NCBI GenBank assembly: GCA_052327205.1
Contig: CM126206.1
Span: 55,738,001-55,802,000 of the forward strand
Source: Somniosus microcephalus
Taxonomy: Eukaryota
Reading direction: 5' to 3'
DNA: 64,000 nt
Shown: positions 1-13,182 of the stretch, in pieces
Layout: the number at the start of each line of letters is the position of its first letter
Numbering within the stretch: the stretch's first letter is position 1
Position numbers and translations under genes: made by a program
The notes under the pieces: model-generated
Told to the model about the DNA's origin: nothing
Seen by the model: only the letters and a program-made list of their open reading frames with translations
Databases searched by the model: none

Positions 1-3000
1 TGCTGACTTCCTGATTTGTTGCACTGTAACTTAGCAGGTGATCTGCATCAGAGTCGTCACATAGATGTTTTCAACTCATAATATCTGGCTTAAAACTGGT
101 ACCTGCCTTCAACCACAAGAGCAATGTGGACTGCTGGGACCTGCAATGGAGCAAGCAGGGGAATGCATTGTGAGGGAAATGGGTGAACATCAAGAATATC
201 TAGAATGATGATTACTTGGAGTCTGAATAACACCATCAACTCTTGACACCATTTATTTTGTTTTGTCCACGATAATTTCATACGCCACACACACAAAAAA
301 AAACTCACTCACCAAGCCCATTGGCTGTAAAGAATTTAAAGCTCTGGAGCTCAGATGAAGCTCCCTTAGTCAGTAATTTAAATGAAAAAAAGCCACATTT
401 ACTTTTTAAGGCTTTAACCAATTATGCTGTAATACCAGCAGTATTCTGTGGTGCTTCGAACTTGTGCATTTTTTGCAGAATGGTCACCTGATCTGACCAG
501 GTTGTATTTGTACAACTGAGGCGGAGCATTGGTGTCTGACCCATTGCTATAATAGTCAAAATATTATGTACGTAATGCACAAATTGCATCTTCAATTAAT
601 GAGAGCTGGAAGATGGCAAGCTTCAGACGGGTTGGATTTATTTACATTTCTCAAGAACCTGCTGTGAAATAGGATTTTTTTTTATCTTCCTTTGAGTTAA
701 AAAGCTTGATCTTCAGCTTAAGTGTGTCAGTTCCGACAGGTCTCATTATAGGCTGCGTGCTTGTGTCGTTGGCTTGGGGATGATTTTTGAAACACTTCAG
801 CTCTGCTGCATTCACAGAGGCATGTCAGCTCGCTATAAAGAATAAATAAGTTTCACATCCTAAAATTTGCCAAAACATACGGTGCGGTTTGAGCAGAGCC
901 TGAATTCCTCTAAATCCAAGTGTGATGCAAGCATTACTGACATTGTGCAAGTTCATGTATACCTTTGCAAAATTGTGGTGAGCATAAGGAATTTCTAGAT
1001 GATTTCTTGGAATCTGAATAACACCATGAACTCTTAACACATTTTGTTTTGTTTCTTCCACTCTAGTTCATGGAATCATTACCTGATGAACCAGGCTTGT
1101 AATTTTTGTAAACTTTTGATTTTATTGTACAAGTGTTCAAGAACTGAATCAGTTGCTGGTCTTTTCTTCCCTCTCCCTTCTCTTGAAGGTACTGACTCTT
1201 GCAGCAGTCCTCTGGTGCCTCACTTAACTGTCTATTCTTCATGTATGAGCCTAGACAATGAGTGTCAGAAGACTACTTGATCATAGCGGACATCCTAATT
1301 GAGGCCGATGCTGTCTTCCTCTGACACCATACATGTAGACTTTACAGTGCATGTAACTGGATAGTGATCAGGAGCACAAATTGTGACAGATATTTTCCCC
1401 TTTCCTAGTCCAGGATATTGAGGACAATTGTAGTATCTCAATGCTGCCCTGACACAGGCTGGGCATTGAATTTGGAATTTTCTGGTGTGCGTGGGTCAGT
1501 ATTACACTGATCTCTTTGTAGAACTGGACTTGAACATCTGTAGCTTTTTTTTGAATTGTTCATCAGAGAGTTCAAAGTGCAGGACAGTCCAAAGTCTGCT
1601 GAAATCCTAATGTTGTGCTAAGGATTCATAGGAAAACTACTGTTTTTAATTTCCTGCTATTAATGGAGGAGATGATGATGAAATGAAGGTAAGTGGTAGG
1701 ATTTTGCCACCAAGTGTGGGGATAATCCTGTGAATTTGGATCAAGGGTTATGTAAACAAGAGTGACATCTGTTCTGAATTTAAAGAGGAGATAGAAGCCT
1801 TCAGAAGTTAACAGTAGGTCCTTGATCAGAATGATTTTGCAATTAAAGAGTAAGGCTGAAGATTAATTACATTTGAATATGTCAAGAGGAGGAAAGGGGT
1901 CATAATGCGGTTTCATTTTTTTTTTAAACGCTCTCTCCTAGTGTGTGATAGTACATTCATAGTGTTGAAATCTTTTTATCCAAAAAAAATTAAGCTGACC
2001 AATGTTCAAAAAAAACCCAACTAATTCACAGCTTAACTTAGTAATTATTTGGTGACCTTTATATTTAATCTTTTATCTTCCCAGCTAGTTTTTCATCAAC
2101 TGCAGATGAGTATTCTCGGCAACAATTAGATTTCTGAATGGCAAACAGTTATGCAAACATTTCTACAATGATTTTTAAAAAACCAATGAAGACGTAAAAA
2201 AAAAGTCTTGGAGGACAAACTATAGGCCCCTCCATGACTGCAAGTAATGATGCTCAGTGACAAGTTGATAGAAGTAAGAGTCTGTGGCAGAGCATAATTG
2301 ACAATATTTAACCTGGTAGTTCAGTGGCGACCTGGGTGCAACTAATCCCAACTTGTCAGCCTGTTGAATTTGAGTGATGTTTACTTTGTTACATATACTT
2401 TGGTACATATCTGAAATTCTGATTATTGCTGTGAGTTTCATAGAAATTAATCTTAAAACTATTTTCCTCACAGGAGATTTCTTTTCAGAAAACAAATGGT
2501 ATAGAATTCATACTGGCCATAGCTTTTCTAAGCAAATAATTGAGCATGATTTCCTGCTAAACTTGTTATTTGCCCTGTACAGGGGATGGTATTGCTCATC
2601 AGTAATGTCAGCCACATTGGTATGACATCGAATCAATTCAAACTAAGTTAGAGCGCACATAATATAATTTAAAACAAAAGTATTGAGGAATGATTAAAAC
2701 TTTGGGCTAGGGAGGAGGGGGAACAATCAACCAGGGTTCCTTTTCCTGATTACTATCCAGTAACTCCTGTTGGAAGTTGCATGCATGTGGATTGTTGGAT
2801 CGGTGCTCATTTGTGATAATCTCCACGGTAAAATAGCCTGCCAGCACTCGCCATCTTAAGCACAGGAAGAATGGTCGCTTTGTCAAGTTACCAGGGTGAT
2901 GCCAGCAAATTCAGTGCTTTCAGAAAACAAGAGGAACTTGGTGGAAGAAAAGCCAAGATCTGTTTTTGTAACACGTGTGACGGTTAGGAACCAGTTTATG

Positions 3001-3133
3001 ACCATGTAAACCCATTGATTAGCTTATTGTGTTGTAATCATTCCTAGGTATCTATTGTTTACAGTAAATGCCTGGAATAAATCCTTGCACTTATGGATGT
3101 TTGCTCAACAGCAGGCCAACTACTGAACACTTA

Positions 3134-3949
3134 GGGCTGGATTTTATCAATGGAGACGTGCTGGAGGTTGGACTTCTGGTTTCCGGGTTTCAGTCCCGCC
3201 CCCAGCAACGTCTGACCAACCCACGCTATTTTCCCTTGATTGGCATTGTTAAGCCCACCCCTACCGGCCACTTAAGGGAATGCCAGTGACAGATGATGTC
3301 AGCGTATGACGCTTCATCTGTCAAATTTTTTGACAGATGAATTGTCAGCGTTTGACAGCTTTGAGAAGCTGTCATACACTGACAATCTCTGTTCTAAGGT
3401 GAGCCCTTGCACAGAAGGCTCACCAAGACCTCTCTCCTCAGCAGAAAGCAGATGGCTGCTGCATCTGAGAATGCAGCAGCCATTCTGTCATCTCTGCCGT
3501 TGAGATGAGGCACCTCCGGAAGGTTGAAGCCTGCAGAAAAAGCAAAGGTAAGGAAACTTTTTCCAACACTTTACACTCGCCTCTCATACTTACCAGTCAA
3601 CACTTGCACCCATCACTCACCTCTACAGCTGACATTTCGACCCCTCACCCCCACAGACCCACTGCTTGCCTCGCTGACCCTGGCAAGGTGCGCAGCCGTT
3701 GGGAAGCCCACAATTGCAGGTGTAAAATGGGGGAAAGCCTCAAAACTGCCTGTTAACTACCTGTTAACAGGTAGTTAAATGGCTCTAATCTCCTTCCCGC
3801 CTCGAGGAGAAGGATCCCTGCGCGACTCGGGGACCCACCTCCAGGGAAGATGGCACGGGATGCGGGTTGGGAGCGGGGTCGGTACCCACTCCCAGTTTCT
3901 GCCATTTTCCCAGCAGTCCCGCCTCCCCAGGGCCAGTAAAATCCGGCCC
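3134..3949. mobile_element. MITE / non-autonomous DNA transposon, PIF-Harbinger-like
   Basis: TIRs GGGCTGGATTTTA / TAAAATCCGGCCC (12/13), TTA on both flanks (3131-3133, 3950-3952), GC-richer than flanks, no transposase. Confidence 0.8.
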
Positions 3950-5307
3950 TTAGAGTTTATTTGTTAGAGTGCCAGTGTTTGAGAATGGTTTCTGCGGTGG
4001 TGTTCGTAAAGTAATGGCTGCAAATCCAGTCTCATCCACTTAATATGCACTTAACAGGTTCATCCTGATCAAAAGCAAATTTCCCCTCTTTGTTTCTGTG
4101 CAAGTCGGTTATGTTAAGTGTGAAACAATAATAGTCATTTTCATTTTTATATTTTTCACCCTAGGCTTACAGTGTAATTTATAAAGGAAACACATTCTGC
4201 TGAAAGGCCCCCTAATTCTTAGGAATAAATGTAAAAAATGGGTATTTTGGTGCATTTATCTGTCACTTGTCCCTTAATATCATGTTTTATGCATTAGAAT
4301 TGTAACTACTACATAGCCTGGAAGCAGATATTCTGTATCGAACTCTCCCTCCATATAATATGTGAAGTTCTCTTATTATTATTGTAATAAAGGGAATGGT
4401 GGCTGCAAGGAAGCAGTTTCTGTTTGTGTTGCTGGAATGGGAATTTTAAGGTATCATTTGAATGGGGAGAGTTTTATACAAATTTCAATCAATTGCTTAT
4501 AAGGACATAAAGCCCACTCCTTCCACAGAGCATGTGCAATCAACCAAATCATGTCCTATCACACCCAATTAATCACTTGATGGAAAGTTCTGCATAAATA
4601 CTTGCCGATCACCAAGGTAACTAAGCAGTTCTCCAGAATATCAGTCCAGTTCTGCTACTAAACCTTGGCGTGCTGCCTTTCTCAAATAGCCTTGCCAATG
4701 CAGCAAGCTTGTGTGTCCTACTAAGAAGTGTATTGTTGTGTCTTTCTTTTCTCCCGCTTCTATAGTGTATGTGTCTCCTCGTCTAATCCCTCCTTAATGT
4801 GTGCATCTCTTTCTATCTCTATCCCCGCCCCCCAGCATTGAAACCTATACAAGAATGGAGTTTGCGGATCCCTTGCATGGTGTATAAATGTAGCCATTTT
4901 TTCATGCAGTTGTTGAATGTTTGTTCTGTGGTGATTCAGTGTGAGTTTATACTTACTCGAGCAGAATTTCTCTTCACAAAAGGTCAGCATCACATAAAAA
5001 CCGCATTGTATTTTGCAAGACAACTTCATTTAACATGCAGCGACAGGATATTCTGTGATTGACATTGCAAGTAATCACACACGAGTTCAAACGCAGCAAG
5101 CCACTTTTCCTGCCAAGAATGAAAATGACATTTTCAACGCTACTTTGTGCAGTTTAAGGACAGGAGTTTGTCTATTAAATCTGGTTCACTCGAAGTGTAA
5201 ATTTTGATAAGCAGCAGTTCATACCTTGTGTCTTTCTTAGTCAACGTATTGAGCAAGCACGATATTAAAAAAAAAACACACGTTCTTTTGGAGCCTTTCC
5301 TCAATGA

Positions 5308-5631
<324 letters not shown>

Positions 5632-5764
5632 TAGCTGGAACCTCAGATCATCTCGGTGTCCTTGCTGCTATCCTTTTGATCAACAAATTTACAGACATCA
5701 GGGCTTTGCTGGCTTGTGCCCGTTAGTAAATGACATGGTTTCTTAATCATGAATGTTTCTATTA

Positions 5765-5924
5765 TGTTTCTTAAAGCTAAAGGGATCAAGGGATATGGGG
5801 AGAAAGCAGGGACAGGGTACTGAATTTGGATGATCAGCCATGATCTCATTAAATGGCAGAGCAGGCTCGAGGGGCCGAATGGCCTACTCCTGCTCCTATC
5901 TTCTGTGTTTCTATGTTTTCTATG
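5765..5924 (+). mobile_element. CR1 LINE 3' end
   Basis: Nearly identical to 31355-31500; KGYGEKAG terminus and CTATGTTT-type tail. Confidence 0.85.
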
Positions 5925-5963
5925 AATAAGAAAGTCACTATTAATTTGCCCATTTTGAACATT

Positions 5964-6225
5964 TTATTGCAGCCCACTAAGTAGGGTTCAAATAGATTTC
6001 CATTGTTGCTTTATTGTGCATAGGAATTCTCCTCTTGTTAACCTAGTCATGGGGTTTCATTATTAACAATGACTTAACACCTGGACACACATGCCAGTAT
6101 GTTATTAGTTACACGTTATTGCAGCCCACTAAGTAGGGTTCAAATAGATTTCCTTTGTTGGTTCCTTATTTTGAGCAAGCACGTTATTGATGATGACGTA
6201 ACACCTGATCACACATGTCAAATAT
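5964..6225. repeat. Local imperfect tandem duplication
   Basis: 38-nt identical block at 5964-6001 and 6116-6153; second diverged block at 6061-6100 and 6185-6225. Confidence 0.85.
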
Positions 6226-7435
6226 CTCACATTGGGCACATATGGACAGCCCTGCCTTTAGCCCATTTCATGCCTTCTGTTAATTAAGCTAGAGAACTGT
6301 TTGGGTAACAGTAGCCAAGCTGTAGCATTATTACTTAATCTCCAAGCTGGAGGATCGATGTCCAGTAGTTTAACCTACTTAACTGCATACTATCTGGACC
6401 AGAGAACTTAGTTCAGTTCACCAGACAAATCCTAAATAAAAGAAATATTGATTTAATTCCACTCTCTTCTGCCCCCTCCCTCTCTTCTGAAAGCTCATTG
6501 CAAAAAGGCACCAGTTCTGCATATAGATGTTGGACGAGAAGGCAATCTTCTGTGTACTAGCCCCAACAGTCCAATAGCCTTCACCACTCGCTGTCCTGCC
6601 TCGTGCATGGTCATTTGGGCTGATTATACAGTATATGACTACCCATGTGGATCAACATGAGTTATTCCCTACAGGGGTAGAGGGGAAGTGCAGAAAAATG
6701 AAACATTTTTGGTAATAAGTTGGACTGACTGCAGAAGTAAAATTTTTACAAATTTGCAATTTCAAAGGGTACATTTTTCCTATTTTTTTGGAGGGGTGAC
6801 ATAACTGTAATGTATTTAACTCACTTCTAATCAGAAGCTGACTCCCAGGCATTCACCCATGCTGCCCTTGAGCCAGTGAGATTGGAGACATGTAAAAGGA
6901 GTGGCTTGTTGATGACTCATCATACCCACCCTTGAATGGATGCCTGATCTCTGCTTAGCACCTCCCCGCAACTGAGGTTAGGAACTGAGCAGAGTGGGGG
7001 TCTGAATCATATGCTGTACATTGGAGCCACTAATTGTAATAGTTACAAACAGAGTATCTGCATATTTTGAATCATGTGCTGCCAAACTGTGGGTAACTCC
7101 ATTCAGTCAGCACTGAGAGGATCGCTGTTGGTTATCTTTCCGAGAGTGGATCCTGAATAGAATGTTGCACTTTAGAATAAACTTGATTCTGTCGACGTGC
7201 TGTACAGTTTAGCTCATTAAGACTTGTATTGTTTGTATGCCAAATAACTTGGGAAAGCTTGTAGAGTCAGATTTGATTATAGTAATTGCTCCGGCCTGTC
7301 GCACAAATGAACACTGATCATTGTAGTCCATCCCCCATGTTGACTGCTGCTCAACTCTGATGGGCATTTTAAGTGGCTGATTAATCAGTTGCTCACCCTC
7401 TCATCTTGTTATCAATACTTTTTATAACGATTGGT

Positions 7436-7840
7436 CTTGGCTCATTGAAGGTGCTGTTGTGCTGCGTCAGCAGGTCAAGCCCCACTTCAGAGTTTTGAGT
7501 TTGGCACTTCAGTGCAGCACAGAGAGTGCTGCATTGTCAAAGGTGTTGTCTTTTGGATGAGGCATTAAACAATTTGCCTGTTGAAATGAGTGTATAAGAT
7601 CCCGTGGCACTATTCTCTCGGTGTCCTGGCCAACATTCATCACTCGACCAACATCACTAAAACAGATTATCTAGTCATTTATCTCATTGCTTTTTGTGGG
7701 ACCTTGCTGTGTACAAACTGACTGCCGTGCTTGCCTACATTACAACCGTGACTACACGTCAAAAGTACTTAATTGGCTGTAAAGCATTTTGGGATGTCCT
7801 GAGGACGTGAAAGACGCTACATAAATGTGTGTTTTTTCTT
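7436..7840 (+). mobile_element. tRNA-headed Deu-domain-type SINE, decayed
   Basis: Similar to the reverse complement of 61240-61703 (cagtgcagcacagagagtgctgca...ggatgaggcattaaac...L2-like tail). Confidence 0.7.
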
Positions 7841-8660
7841 CGACTGTTAGTTGATAGCCCTGCTTTTACTCCCAAACTAGCACCCGAGTGGAATTCAATC
7901 ACCTGAACAGTATTCTGCTCAGAGTGCTGGTTCGGGACTCAATAAATGTTCCAAAACAAGCAAGGATATTAAAATCAGTGCAGATAATGATGAGAAGGTG
8001 AGCAGCTGATTAATAAGTTGATTCAAGTGCCTATCAGCACTGAGGAATCAGGTAAGGCATCATTGGAGTCCAGAACGGGCTGATCACAGTGACACAATTG
8101 CAAAGCATAAACTGATCACAGTGAGATTATGTTAATCAGAATGTATTCTAAGAAGATGCAATGCTCTCACCTGCCTCCTATTTTTTTTAAATGGAATTCA
8201 TGGGCTTTCAAGAAATATGATTGGAGTCTTGTTGAGAGTTCTCATTTTCTTTGGTCCACGGGAAGCTGCAAATCATTTTCTAGATTTGTCTCTTCATTGA
8301 ATTATTACAACCCTACTGAAATAGTGAAATGATAGACTGCTGATACATTACTGAATCAATGTCAAAACTACAGAGACCTGTGCGCTCTGTGTGTGGCTTT
8401 AGCTTGAAGTAATGCTGCTCTAACACAAAATAAAGTAATAATTTTCAAATTAAGCTTAAAACACCTCGCAAGTAATGCATGATAATGAACAAACTCTTGA
8501 AAGGTGACAATTATAATCTGTGTGCCTGCTTGTCAAGAGATATGATCTGCATGACCTGTAACAACTGAAATCTCTAACTTGGAATGTGGGGGTTTGGAAT
8601 GAAGCACGTGGAATGAGGGATACTAACCTCGTTAATTTTTGACCTTTTACCTTTTGGCAG

Positions 8661-8708
8661 TAGCTGATGAGACTAATCTTGATTCCTTGGCTGAACAGAT
8701 AACCGCAG
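8661..8708 (+). CDS. PARD3: PARD3 48-nt symmetric (phase 1-1) exon, (V)ADETNLDSLAEQITA
   Basis: Acceptor ccttttaccttttggcag, branch point TACTAAC 8621-8627, donor GCAG|gtaagg; in frame between neighbouring exons; resembles the mammalian IADETKLNTVDDQKA segment (recalled). Not in the ORF track. Confidence 0.88.
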
Positions 8709-9151
8709 GTAAGGATTGTCAATAACAACCCAGTTGCTGTAGCAGCCTAAGTGATGTAGCAGGAACGTTGTTACCATGACTACAGCAAACAGTCATTAAA
8801 ATGCCTGAGTTGTGCATTGTGTATGTTTATCACCCTTGCTGCCTGCAGTATGAGTTAATTCACACATGCTGGTTTTCACTCATTTCAAATAAATCATAGC
8901 CAAGGGAAAAATACGATTTCTTAAGAAACTATGAGGCAGCTTATTGATCGTCAAAGTCAAGTGAATTTCTGTCCTGGTACTTTAATCTGGTGATCATTTC
9001 CGTCCAACAGAGAACAAAGTTACAATCCCAACTGATGATTGGCAATTGTAAATGGGTAGATGAAAATCATTAATGAGCATTATGTTCAAGCTATGAAACT
9101 ATTATCAAAAATATATTGATTTGCCCATGCATGCCTGGAACAACTGGAAGA

Positions 9152-9287
9152 TCACGGAGGCGAATTTCCTCAGGGCCCTAACGTTGGCAGAAGTTCGGCA
9201 GAGACTTCATTTACAGGTGTAAGCAGGATTTCTGCCAAAATTACAGCGACAGAGCGGGAGAAGCCCCGGAGAAATTCATCTCCGTGA
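9152..9287. mobile_element. Short palindromic MITE
   Basis: Arms TCACGGAGGCGAATTTC / GAAATTCATCTCCGTGA (15/17) plus inner TTGGCAGAA / TTCTGCCAA. Confidence 0.7.
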
Positions 9288-9524
9288 ATTAATTGAATAA
9301 TTGGGGAAAAAAATTACGGTCTTGCTCAATGCCAGTATTATTTTAGGTGTTGCATTTATTTCTGAAACAACGTTGTAATTTGGTTCTCATTCATGTCATT
9401 CAAATGGAATACATAAAAAGCAGAAATATATCTGCAAGAAACCTGAAACCAAAAGAGAAAATGTTGGTAATAAGTGCAGGGGCAAAAATGGCAATGAAGA
9501 ATAATGTTTTGGAAATGCCCAGAC

Positions 9525-10400
9525 TCTCTAGAATTTACAGGCGCAAAGGAAGCGATTCAGCCCATCGGGCCTGGACTCTTCAAATGGCCTATAACCTTCT
9601 CAATGTTTCCTTTACATACCAATTCAATTCTCTCTAAAATGACATAGAATCTGCCTGAATAGCTATTGTGGTGAAGCATTCCGAGTTCTACCTACCCTCT
9701 GTTGGGTGGAGGGGGGTAATTCTGACTTCTCCCTTTGTTTTACCTGTGATCATTTTCAGTCTCTGCCTCCTTGTTGCCAATTGCCAATAAGTGGGAATAA
9801 TCTTTCCCTATTCACTCTTTTGCAACCTTTCATAATTTAAAAAAAAACTCTTGTGCTCCCACCTTAAGTTTCTCCATTCCACTGTAACTTCTTTGAGGTT
9901 CTAGTACCCTTCCTGGAAGATTGCCCAGGACTGCATGCGCAAGTCTGACTGTGGGCGAGCCAATGTCTTGTATAAATTCAACATAATTTCCTTCCTTTTT
10001 ATATTCAGAATCCCATTTTCCACTTTTGTGGTCTTTTTTTCCCTGAACCTCCCACCTTGCAATAGCTATGTATGTGCCCCGATGATCTCTCTCTTCCTAC
10101 ACCCTGTTACGAATCTTAGATTTTAGATGACACTTCCTTTCACTGTTCTTTGTGGCAAAATACTTCATATTTCTATGCATTGCAGTACATCTCCAACCTA
10201 TCTGTCCACTTTGCTGATCTGTCTCTCATCTTCCTGTGTTTTTCCTCAGCTGCAATTTCCTTTATTGGGTATCATCAACAAATTTTAATAACATTCTTCT
10301 TGTTCTTATGTCCAAATCATTTATATAAATGTAACAAAAACAAAGAGGTCCCAGCACAGATCACACCACGGGGCACACTAGTACCCACATCTGGCTAATC
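9525..10400 (-). mobile_element. Old CR1 LINE fragment
   Basis: Degenerate similarity to other minus-strand CR1 copies (ccttcataatttaa..., tccaaatcatttatataaat...aagaggtcccagcacaga). Confidence 0.6.
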
Positions 10401-11019
10401 CAAAAATAACTTTTTGCCTCTGCAATTATGACCAACATTTTCTCTCTTTTGTTTCTTGCAGATGTATTTTTGCTTTTTATGTATTCCATTTGAATGACAT
10501 GAACTTGTTTCACACATCCAGCAATAATGTTGGTTCTTCCACCCTTTGGGGGAACGTTTGCTAGTTATCGTTGAGAGACTCTATGGAGTGATTTGCAGCA
10601 GTAGAGTACTCATTATTTGCCTTGGTTGTAGAGGGTGGAGAGGAAGCAGAGGAGTAAACCCTCTACTCCGTGTACCTCTTGACTTAAGAAAAATCCCAGA
10701 CGAGGCAAGACAATTGGGTCCATCAAAGTCACAGGCACATCCACATATAAAGGTTTGAATGAGGGACATTTGGTGCAATTATTTACTTTTAGGTAGGGAG
10801 TGGAGGGGGGAATCAAACAGCTGCTAAAATTAGTTGGGAGGAGGAAACATTTTCCACTCTCTCACCCCACCCCCCTTTCCCTCTAGTTGAGAAAATCATC
10901 AAAACTCATCATTCTCGTACTGTGCCATGACAGCACTCGGCTGCATTTGGAACAACCTAATGTTTTTGCTTCAGCTACTCTGCTTGGTAGATTTATCCAA
11001 ATAATAATCGCTCTTTGAA

Positions 11020-12030
11020 TAAAGACATTTTTCCTGATAGCCATTTCAGATTTACTTTTCACTAATATGCGTTCAATTCCTCTGCCTCTTACTTTCCTTG
11101 CTTACTTTGAAGTAGTAATCTTGTTTTATGCTATCTCTCCAATTTTAATATTTTATACACTTGATGAGATTCTCCCATTCGCTGTTTCCTTTCTTGGCTG
11201 TAAAGCTTGCGATTGTCTAATGTATCCTAATACCTGAACCTCTTTACACGTGAGATCAGTGTTGCTCTTCTCTGCAACCTCTCTAATGCATGCATGCATT
11301 TCTCTGTGTCATGATTGTACAGAATTGAAAACCCATGTGTAGTCAAAGAAAAAAACAGTTAAGGAGAGGACCTCATTGAGGTATGTAAAATATTAAAATG
11401 GCATAAGATAAGCCTAGAATGCTGTTTCAAAGTAAGGCAGGAATCTAGGACAAAAGGGTTAGAATACAAATCAGTGAAAAGTAAATTTAAAACAGATACT
11501 TGAAAGAATTGTTTTAATCAAAGCGTGATTAATGTTTGGCTTAATCTGTCGGGAATGTTAATAAATTGTAAAGCCTTAGCATAACCTCTAGAGACTTGTG
11601 CTTTACTATTTTAGCTATATACCTCAGCATTCTATTTACCTTTTTAGTTATTTCACCAGGTTATCCAGACATTCATAATGATCAGTCTACCACCACTTGC
11701 TGATCTCCTTCTAAGACTGGCCTTTCAGTTCCAATTGCCATATGCTTGTGGCAGATTTTTTTTTCATCTAATGTGCAATACTTTACATTTATATTATTAA
11801 GTTCAGTTGCAATTTGTCTGATCTAAATCCTTCTGCAAATCTTTTAAGTCCCATGTCTCTGCTGCTCTATTTTAGTGTCCTCAGCAAATTTTACACGCTT
11901 ACATTCGCTTTTGATATCTTAGTCATTAATGTACATTAGAAACAACAGCGATCCAACCACTAACTCTCACGGGGCTCCGCTCACTACCTTCCCCCCAATC
12001 TCATTACATTTTTCATGAGTATTCTGCTTT
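11020..12030. mobile_element. Cluster of very old CR1 fragments in both orientations
   Basis: ttaaggagaggacctcattgaggtatgtaaaata (+) flanked by minus-strand CR1-like text such as tcagcaaattt...gtcattaatgtacattagaaacaacagcgatcc. Confidence 0.5.
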
Positions 12031-13119
12031 GATACACAGTAACATTTCTGATAGCAGTGTATAAGTTTGCAGCTCACTCCCTCTCCTCACACAAAAGGGA
12101 CAGTTCTGTGTTGGAAAGTACATTAAGGTTGGAGGAAAATTACCCCATGCAAAAATTATGGTTTTTTTTTGTTTCTATATTATTGACTTTGATCTAACTG
12201 AAAGACTGAGGAACTCTACTGAAAGCTCCTTGTTTAGAAAACCTGACTGAAACCAAGTTTGAAGAGGAAATGGTTTCTCTACTAGTAGTTTGATACTAAC
12301 TAGGCAACTCTCATTCTCCATTGCACATTGCAGTCAGCTTTCTTAAATTCCGCTGCACAAACATCATTTTTAATTTTGTAGTTTAAACACGACCGTTTAC
12401 AGCTGTCTGCGCACCTTTACTCAGTGATGATCTTGTCAACATGAAGCCGGTTTCATGTTCAGAGTAAGCCAACCAGTGATCTGTGTGTCCTGAGGCTGAT
12501 CTGAAAAGCATGACACCTGGTGAAGTGATTACTGTAGTGAGGATTAAATAATGGATGGAAGAAAAATGACAAAAGTGAAATGCAGTGAATATTTTAAAGG
12601 CAATGGGGACAGTGCAGTTTTATTCAACATCGGTTTTATGAAAGGCACCTGCAGATTTGTAGTACCATTTAAAAGCTTTTTATGTGGCCACTCTAGTATT
12701 TAAACCTGTATCAGTGTTGCTGACATTCAGTGACATCATTTTAAAGTGGGCTTTGATGAAACCACATTCAACATCATCACTGATCTGAAAAAGATCATTT
12801 ATTTTCATTTTATTATTTATTTATGTAAAGAACTTAAAATGGTTCATATATAATCAGATGTGGCAAAACATCTAGCTCCTTCTAAAGTGGTGCAACTGGA
12901 GCAAGTGCAGGCATCTTGTAGTTTATTTGTTAATAAGGAAGCTTTCATCCTGAGTTGTGCAGGAGCCTGCGTTTTGGGTCTGCAAAATTGTCTGTTGCTA
13001 AGAGACCCACATGATGCTAAATCACCAATAAAACGAAAAGACTACATCCTTGCAAGGCTGAGTGTACAGGTTGTGAACTAGTCTTTTATTTTAAAAAAAG
13101 AAGTCCTGGCCTCCTCCCT

Positions 13120-13182
13120 TTGGAGACTTGAACTTGGATGGCCAGAGGTTAAAAGCCACGGCCTTAACCACTAAGCCACCTG
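13120..13182 (-). mobile_element. tRNA-derived SINE head remnant
   Basis: Reverse strand has A-box TGGCTTAGTGG and B-box GTTCAAGTC; no intact cloverleaf. Confidence 0.45.

Noticed and set aside
5964-6153. CRISPR-like repeat-spacer
   Set aside because: Only two units, 114-nt gap, eukaryotic intron, no cas genes.
10462-10493. Strong acceptor giving DVFLLFMYSI*
   Set aside because: No homology or other support; such cryptic acceptors are common in AT-rich introns.
13120-13182. Possible tRNA gene
   Set aside because: A and B boxes only; no consistent cloverleaf, so treated as a SINE head.
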